Source: an uncultured Gemmatimonadaceae bacterium (GTDB lineage Bacteria > Gemmatimonadota > Gemmatimonadetes > Gemmatimonadales > Gemmatimonadaceae). Taken from it: 64,000 bases of DNA. The notes beneath the pieces are model-generated. The model was not told where the DNA came from, searched no databases, and saw only the letters and a program-made list of their open reading frames with translations. Of the stretch, positions 54,874 through 64,000 are shown piece by piece. The first letter of the stretch is position 1, and each line of letters opens with the position of its first letter. The position numbers and the translations under genes are program-made. The stretch spans positions 672,001-736,000 of the forward strand of contig CAWFQK010000004.1 of the NCBI GenBank assembly GCA_963817955.1. The letters run 5' to 3'.

Positions 54874-55098
54874 TCACGCCGCCGTGGCCCGCGCGAGCAG
54901 CAGCTCCTTCGCGAGCTCGAGAACCGCGACGGCTTGCTCGCGCGAGACGCTCGGAAAATTGTCGAGAAACTCGTCGAGGGGATCGCCCGCTTCGAGGTAA
55001 TCGAGGAGCGTCTGGACGGGGACGCGGGAACCGACGAACACGGGCGTGCCGCCCATGATCTCGGGATCGCTATGAATGGGAAGCTGATCGGTCTGCAT
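54874..55098 (-). CDS. DUF433 protein
   Basis: DPEIMGGTPVFVGSRVPV...FLDNFP. Confidence 0.93.
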   Translation of the reverse strand: MQTDQLPIHSDPEIMGGTPVFVGSRVPVQTLLDYLEAGDPLDEFLDNFPSVSREQAVAVLELAKELLLARATAA

Positions 55099-55263
55099 GC
55101 GGCGCTCCGATGAAGGCCCCCTTCAACTTACACCGAACTTTGGTGGCGTGGCTAACACGACCGACGAAGAAGCTGAGTGGCCTGGCCGAAGCGTCGCCGG
55201 TCTCGAAAGTTCCTTGGAAGAAGGGTGAGCTTCTGAGGTTGTGGCCGTCACTTAGACCTGGGC

Positions 55264-56222
55264 CTACTGGAACGCCTCTTCCAGTTGTCTCAACCGCGCC
55301 GCGAGCTGCTGTCTGACTGACTTCGGTGCCAGCACCTCGGCCTCCGGCCCGTACTGCAACACATGCCGCATTGCCCAGTGCTCGTCCGCGAGCGGATGCT
55401 CCAGCGTCAGGCTGCCGTCCGGGGCAACGCACTTCCCTTCCCGCTCCGCGATCCATCCAGCGATGCGCGCCGAGTAGCGCACAACGAGTGTCTCGGCGCG
55501 CTCCGCCTCGAAGAGACGGGTGCCCGTGATGATCTCATCGACTGAATAGTCGGGAGCAAGCTCGAAGTGTCTCGTCGGTCTGCGCCACCGACTCCATCCG
55601 GTCGAGCCGGAAGACTCGCAGCGCCTCGCTGGTCCTGGCAGAACGCCACCATGTACCACATGCCGCGAGCGAACACGAGGCTGTACGGGCAGACAATACG
55701 CGATCTCGAGGTCGTCGATGCGCCGGCACGATAGCGGATCTCGAGCTTGCGCCGCAGGCGATGGGCGGCCTGAATGGACGCGAGGTGATCGGCACCAGCG
55801 GCCGAGATCTCCGCGTGCTGTACGCCTTCGAAACGGTCATTGACCGGCAGTCGAGTGATCGCCTGTCGCAGGCGCTCGAGCGCGCGGTCTACTGCCGGCC
55901 ATTCCTCCGGCGTCCGCTCGCGTCGCAGGAGCGCAAGCCCAAGCTCCAATGCGCACAGCTCGCGCATCGTGAGTCGCATCGGTCGCAGGAAGTGCGTCGT
56001 GAATGCACTCACTTCCCTGTCGTCCCACTCGAGGCTCAGGCCGGCGACGAATCCGCTCGGTTCGTCGAAGCGTTCGCCGAGGGAGATCACGTCATCCAGC
56101 AATGTCTTGCGGGAGACGCCCAGCCGTTCCGCAATGTCATCGATGGCGTGGGTCTCGCCGTCCGCGACCTGCGGAATGAGGAGGAGGATTCGATTGAGCG
56201 CGTGCGCGGCGGTGTCGCTCAT
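55264..56222 (-). pseudogene. PafC-like WYL regulator, second copy, with frameshifts near 55635 and 55570
   Basis: Highly similar to 45271-46227; single-base insertions (may be sequencing errors). Confidence 0.85.
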
Positions 56223-57325
56223 GCGTCCACCCGTGAGTCCGCCTGTGAGTCCGCCAGACTGCGATCGTAGAGCTTGCGCGTCGTCTGGAGCACCTCGCGG
56301 AACTGCGCGATGATCTCGGGCGGACCAAGCGGTATGGCTTCACCGGCGAAGGAGAGCAGCCACCACACGAATCGATCGGGCCGCCGCACGGCAAATATCC
56401 GGTGGGTCGGTGCGTCCGTCACCGGCGAGCCGAGTGCGGCAGCCGCGATCACCGCGCCGCTCGAGCCGCGGAACTCCACCGTCACCGAGACGACCTCATT
56501 GTCGCCGAGTTCCCACGCGAGTCGGGAGCGAGCGTGCTCGCGGAGCACGAACGATCCCGGAATCTCGTACTGGGGCACCTCGCGGTCGGGAGCAAGCTGC
56601 TTCACTCCCGCTATGCGATTGACGCGGAAGTTGCGCAGTGCACCGCGATCGACGTCTCGCGCGACGAGATACCAGTGTGCGTTGAGAAAGAAGAGCCCAT
56701 AGGGCTCGACCGTCCGAGCGGTGGCGCTGTCATTCGCGACCGCGCGATACTCGAAGCGGACCAGCTTCCGACCGTGCAGGGCGTCGCCCAACGCCTCGAG
56801 CACCCGCCTGTCCGCTGGCGCGCGGGCGGGCACAATCACGGTGTCGTCCGTCGCCGACACGGCTCCGATGGGAAGATCGTACGCCAGCTTCCGCATGGCG
56901 CTCGCCACGTCCGCCGCCAGGGGTGCGTTCCCGAGCTGCTCCGCTCGCGCCGCGCCCTCGGCCACCGCTTGCAGTTCATCCGCGTCGAAGCTCAGGCTCT
57001 TGAGCGAATGATACCCGAACCGATCCACCCGTGAGGGTGTCGACTTCCCGCGTGGCGTGGTGACGGACAGATAGGGCAGGTAGAAGTCCGCGGTGCGCAG
57101 ACGATACCGAAAATCCGTCTCGCCGTCCTCTCCTTCGCTTTCGATGGGAACGCCAAAGGCTTTCAGATCCTTCTTGTCGCGTTCGAACTGGCGCTTGGCG
57201 GTCGCCCTCTCCTTTCCATTGTAGGCCGGTACTTCGCGGGCGATCTCATCGAAGGTGATGGCGCGCTGACGACCGAGCAGCGCGGCCAGGAGGTCGATCC
57301 AGCGTTGCAGCTTGGACGATGACAT
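56219..57325 (-). CDS. WYL-domain regulator, PafB-like (intact copy)
   Basis: RQFERDK..L...GVPI, VEPYGL...WYLVARD...FRVNRI, WCX domain. Confidence 0.92.
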   Translation of the reverse strand: MSSSKLQRWIDLLAALLGRQRAITFDEIAREVPAYNGKERATAKRQFERDKKDLKAFGVPIESEGEDGETDFRYRLRTADFYLPYLSVTTPRGKSTPSRVDRFGYHSLKSLSFDADELQAVAEGAARAEQLGNAPLAADVASAMRKLAYDLPIGAVSATDDTVIVPARAPADRRVLEALGDALHGRKLVRFEYRAVANDSATARTVEPYGLFFLNAHWYLVARDVDRGALRNFRVNRIAGVKQLAPDREVPQYEIPGSFVLREHARSRLAWELGDNEVVSVTVEFRGSSGAVIAAAALGSPVTDAPTHRIFAVRRPDRFVWWLLSFAGEAIPLGPPEIIAQFREVLQTTRKLYDRSLADSQADSRVDA

Positions 57326-57379
57326 TCGCTACGCGGTGGGGAGCTGGTGCGGCATTGGAAGCCTATTCGAAGGAGAAAC

Positions 57380-57562
57380 TTACCGCTCCTGAACCTCGAG
57401 AATCACGATGTTCCTGAACGTCGGGTGCTGCCGTTGGAGCTCCGCCTGGATGGCGAGTTCCGACTGACCGTAGACCGTCAATACGGCCCGATTGACGCGT
57501 CGCTGGTCCGAGCCATCGGTCGAGTGCTCATAGATGACGCTGAATGTCTGGTAGTGCGCCAC
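57380..57562 (-). CDS. 60-aa hypothetical protein, copy B
   Basis: GAGGAGG RBS; paralog of 46842-47024. Confidence 0.7.
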   Translation of the reverse strand: MAHYQTFSVIYEHSTDGSDQRRVNRAVLTVYGQSELAIQAELQRQHPTFRNIVILEVQER

Positions 57563-59460
57563 TCAAGTCGCCTCCTCTGTTCTGGGTAGGTGAGGCCGCA
57601 CCAACTCCGTGAGCGTTTCCTGGTCTACAATAGACTCCGACATCAGCCGATTGGCTATGGCATCCAGGAGCGGGCGATGCTGGGCAAGCATCTCCTTCAC
57701 CACTCCGTATTCTGTAGAGAGGAACGCGCGCACGAGTTCCTCGATGTGTGCCGCTTCCGAGCTAATGTCGAAAGGTGTGGAAATAGACGGAAGGCGGTGA
57801 CACCTTCTCGGGTGAGTCCAATCACCCCCGGGAGAATCCCGGCAACGAAAAGGAGCCACCGCCCATGAAGAAGATGAAGGATGAGCCAGCCACGTCAAGC
57901 GCGACGTGGGACACGTTGGAGTCCTTTGCGCGGATGCATATCCAAGGATTCATTCAGCAGCTGTTGGAAGAGGAGGTGACCGAGCTGCTCGGGCGACAGA
58001 AGTCCGCGCGCCGCAGCGCGGTGGATGCGCCGACCGGGGCGCGCAACGGGCACGGGAAGCCGCGAAACCTCTCGCTCATGAATGGGACCATCGTGGTGCG
58101 CCGGCCACGGGTGCGCGACCTGGATGAGCTGTTCGTGAGCCGCCTGCTGCCGCTCTTTCAGCGGCGCACCAAGGAACTGAGCACGCTGTTGCCCGAGCTG
58201 TATTTGCATGGCCTCGCGCTCGGGGATTTCGAACTCGCGCTCCGCGGCCTGTTGGGCGACGGGGCGCCGCTGAGTGCGAGCTCGCTCGTGCGCCTCAAGG
58301 CGACGTGGCAGGCGGAGTATGCGGTGTGGCAGCGGCGCGACCTGAGCGACCTCAAGCTGGTGTATCTCTGGGCGGACGGCGTGTATGTGAAAGCCGGGCT
58401 TGAGCACAGCAAGGCAGCGCTCCTGGTGTTGATCGGCGCCGACGCGGAGGGGCGGAAACACGTTCTCGCGGTGACCAGTGGCGAACGCGAATCGGTGGTG
58501 AGCTGGACCGCCGTGCTCCGCGACCTGAAGGCGCGCGGGCTCTGCGCCCCCAAGCTCACGATCGCCGATGGGCATCTCGGGCTCTGGGGCGCACTCGCGG
58601 CGATCTATCCGACGAGTGCCGAGCAGCGGTGTTGGAATCACAAGATACGGAATGTGCTCGACCTGGTGCCGAAGAAACGCCAAGCCGAAGTCACCGTGCA
58701 GCTCCAGCAGATCGCCGCGGCGGAGACACTGCGGGCGGCGGTGCGGCTGCGCGATGCGTTTGCCCGCACGTACCGTCGCGTGGTGCCCAAAGCCGTCGAG
58801 TGCCTCGAGCGTGATTGGGACCGCCTGGTCGCGTACTACGCCTTTCCGCAGGAGCACTGGAAGCATCTGCGCACGACGAACGTGATCGAATCACCGTTTG
58901 CCGCGGTGCGGCTCCGCACGATCCGCGGCGAAGCGCTTCAAGAAAGTCGACAATGCCACGACGTTGATCTGGAAAACCTTACTCGTCGTCGAACAACATT
59001 TCCGCAAACTGAACGCCCCGCACCTCTGTACCGACGTGTACGATGGCGCCGTGTTTCACGACGGTATCTGCACCGTGACCCCGACCCGGGAACGGATCGC
59101 CGCCTGACGCCTATTTACACACCAATTGACAAGAGCTCCCGCTTCCGAGGCGCAGATTGATACGCACGTCGTGACGCATATCGGCGTACGTGTCTCGATC
59201 ACCAGACTCGTACAGGAACTTGTACGATTCCACAACGGCACCCTTCAGGTTCGCAGACGGCAGGATGGATGAGTATTCCGGAACATTCTGGCCGTCGGAG
59301 TCGATGACGGCGACCAGGGCGTGTCCAGCCTCGTGGTACGCCGTCTGCCGGCGGATCGCTTCTATCTCCGTGGACGGCAACTCTGCCTCCTCGAAGCCGC
59401 GCAGGGTCAGGTTGACCAGATCGACGAACTCCAATTTGCGTTTCTCGCGTGGGGCCGATT
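57563..59460 (-). pseudogene. FtsH/peptidase M41-like C-terminal domain interrupted by IS256
   Basis: TAYHEAGHALVA at ~59315-59350; HRPLLDAIANRLM..IVDQETL tail at 57563-57758. Confidence 0.8.
57759..59138 (+). mobile_element. IS256-family element with 28-bp imperfect IRs and 8-bp target duplication CCGCTTCC; transposase 57865-~59107 (frameshift near 58920)
   Basis: RNGHGK, YLWADG, IADG, QRCWNHK, LRTTNVIES; TSD at 57751-57758 and 59139-59146. Confidence 0.95.
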
Positions 59461-59484
59461 AGTATTCCTATTGCAGGGCTGCTC

Positions 59485-60050
59485 CATGCTGATTGAGAAC
59501 CCGATAGCAATCGCCTCTTCCTACTGGGCGAAACTGCCACGATTAATATGGCAGAATCACATCCCAGTAGCCTCGACGCCCATGGGCGAATCGAAAATAA
59601 TGGTTCGACTCGACTTGGGCGGACGTGACGACGCATACACGTTACACGTTCTCAGATGGAAATCAGGGGCCGGAGTATTCATTCCGGCCTTGTGGGTGTC
59701 CGAAACCCTCAACCAGCATCAGAGGAGGTGAAGATACATGCGAATCGGGAAACCGAAGAAGGCACTCCGCAAACTGCGCGGCACGAAGCGTGGCAACGAG
59801 GTGCCGAATCGGCGGACACGAGTTTCGAACGGGAAGCCCTCATGGTTCCCGACGGATATCGCGAGCGTTGCCAAGGCCGTTGGTAAGCTCGTCACTTCGG
59901 AGGTCACGAAGTGCCTAGTGACCGAGGCTTACAACGTCATCCGCGAATACGTATCGAGACTCACCATCCGCACTACACTCCGCTTCGGCGGCTGCACCAT
60001 ACGACTAGACCGAGCGCTCTCGAAAGTCATGAGCGGCTCGGTCTTGTCAA
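59485..60050 (+). ncRNA. Candidate large structured RNA upstream of the RT
   Basis: More than ten stems found by eye, C(UUCG)G tetraloop at 59980-59991, long hairpin at 60003-60048. Confidence 0.55.
59486..59731 (+). CDS. Possible small ORF (81 aa) overlapping structured region
   Basis: Open frame only; no clear RBS or motif. Confidence 0.2.
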   Translation: MLIENPIAIASSYWAKLPRLIWQNHIPVASTPMGESKIMVRLDLGGRDDAYTLHVLRWKSGAGVFIPALWVSETLNQHQRR

Positions 60051-60064
60051 TTCCTCCGGTATGA
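59738..60064 (+). CDS. Basic 108-aa ORF coupled to the RT
   Basis: AGGAGGT RBS at 59723-59729; stop overlaps RT start (ATGA); no recognisable family. Confidence 0.45.
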   Translation: MRIGKPKKALRKLRGTKRGNEVPNRRTRVSNGKPSWFPTDIASVAKAVGKLVTSEVTKCLVTEAYNVIREYVSRLTIRTTLRFGGCTIRLDRALSKVMSGSVLSIPPV

Positions 60065-61164
60065 CGAACGCAGGTCGCAAGCTCGGACTTGGGAGTATCG
60101 CGGGTACGCTGTGCACAAAGATCGCGTGCCTCAGGAAGCACGCCGCTGAAGTGAACACTTCCTATTCGCGTTACCCGAAGAAGAAGTCGTCTGGCGGCCA
60201 TCGGTGGATAAGTACTCCATCTGATGAGCTGAAAGAGCTACAGGGTCGCCTTCGCGAGCGCATCCTCGAACCACTCTCCTCCACGCCCGAACTCCTCGCC
60301 GTGTTGATGCGAGACCCGCTCCGAAATGCTCGCCTGCATGAAGACGCCGCTCACATCTTGATGCTCGACTTGAAGGAGGCGTTCCCGTCAACCTCAGCGC
60401 GGCGTGTGAGAAACACTCTCGTTCGAGCTGGCATGGACTCTCCAGCGGCGCGACTCATCACAGAGCTGACTACATACCGCGACGAGCTTCCGCAGGGAGC
60501 CCCCACGAGCAACGCACTCCTCGACCTGGTTTTGCGCCCAATGGATAGAGCCATCGTTCGGTTCTGCAGACGGCGTGGTGTCCAATACACTCGCTACGCC
60601 GACAACCTTGCCTTCTCATCAGAGGAACCACTCAACTGCGTGGAGCGTTTCGTCCGTCGGAAGCTTGGGGAGTACGAATTCGAGATCAATCCGCCGGTGT
60701 ACGGAGGTCGTTCGGCTCCAGTGGACATAACCGGCGTACTCACTGGCAAGTCTCTCCGGGTTCGGCCGAAGACGATCGAGAAGACCAAGGCTCGTATCAT
60801 CGCCGCCGAGGCCACTGGCTCCGAGCCTGAAAAGGCGTCCGCGAGGGGGGCAATGGGCTGGGTCGTTCGTGTGAACCCTCGACAGGCGGCAGAACTCGTC
60901 TCCCAGACGCTTCCACCCGAAAGTGAACTCGCGAAAGCCCTGGCACCAAGACGTCGGCCTTCAGCTGTTGATAACAGCGTGAGTTGCGGCGAGCGACTGC
61001 GGATTAGCTCAACCTCGCCAAAGTGCCTCGACGGGGTCTACTCCGATTCCCTGATCTGTTCCGGACGGCACCCCATCCCGCCACATCGCGTACAGGATTC
61101 CTACGAGCCGCCGCTCCAGGGCGACCACCGCGATGCGTCAAGTGCGCGACATCACGCCGAGTGA
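60061..61164 (+). CDS. Retron-like reverse transcriptase with YADN motif
   Basis: KKSSGGHRWI..P...LK.LQ, NARLH (NAxxH), LDLKEAFPS, LPQGAPTS, YTRYADNL, ITG (VTG-like). Confidence 0.88.
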   Translation: MTNAGRKLGLGSIAGTLCTKIACLRKHAAEVNTSYSRYPKKKSSGGHRWISTPSDELKELQGRLRERILEPLSSTPELLAVLMRDPLRNARLHEDAAHILMLDLKEAFPSTSARRVRNTLVRAGMDSPAARLITELTTYRDELPQGAPTSNALLDLVLRPMDRAIVRFCRRRGVQYTRYADNLAFSSEEPLNCVERFVRRKLGEYEFEINPPVYGGRSAPVDITGVLTGKSLRVRPKTIEKTKARIIAAEATGSEPEKASARGAMGWVVRVNPRQAAELVSQTLPPESELAKALAPRRRPSAVDNSVSCGERLRISSTSPKCLDGVYSDSLICSGRHPIPPHRVQDSYEPPLQGDHRDASSARHHAE

Positions 61165-61281
61165 CCTCGACAAACACAAAGGTGCGGACAGGCGGTAAGT
61201 TGGCGATTGTCAGTGGTGCGGTGCAAGTTCAATCTCTCGCCGCCCGGCATCACCTGGCGCCCCCTCCTGAACAACTTATAG

Positions 61282-64000
<2,719 letters not shown>

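Noticed and set aside
59911..60060. Longer RT start at GTG 59911 from the ORF track
   Set aside because: Extension has no RT similarity and overlaps the hairpins; ATG 60061 coupled to the upstream stop is more plausible
61200..61255. tRNA-like GTTCAAT segment
   Set aside because: Could not build a cloverleaf; no tRNA or rRNA recognised anywhere in the window
59460..61280. Group II intron or DGR interpretation of the RT
   Set aside because: RT has retron-type NAxxH/ITG motifs; no maturase domain, domain V hairpin, or TR/VR pair was seen

Overview
High-GC bacterial window; the gene repertoire looks Gemmatimonadota-like, but that is an impression, not a tested assignment. Roughly 1-32 kb is metabolic and envelope content: aldehyde dehydrogenase, TauE, ADP-forming acyl-CoA ligase, Hsp20, phosphoketolase, a small stand-alone NRPS-like cluster, two TonB-dependent receptors (one behind a CxxC/RAPP leader ORF), lgt and a decarboxylase/ATP-grasp pair. 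Roughly 32-64 kb is a decaying repair/defence/mobile island. It holds rmuC-addB-addA, hipBA, two copies of a WYL-WYL pair, many type II toxin-antitoxin genes next to attC-like motifs, IS3/IS21/IS256 elements and a frameshifted SNF2 helicase. The strongest candidate for a novel system is at about 59.46-61.2 kb: a retron-like reverse transcriptase with YADN instead of YADD. It lies behind about 600 nt of densely nested stem-loops (including a UUCG tetraloop and a possible pseudoknot) that also carry two short ORFs, the second translationally coupled to the RT. A second notable result is that three partial duplicates with complementary deletions reconstruct one ancestral operon (M41-like peptidase, 60-aa protein, rmuC, addB, addA, WYL, WYL). 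Many single-base frameshifts suggest residual sequencing error, so pseudogene calls are provisional. All family assignments come from motif recognition by eye; no searches were run.
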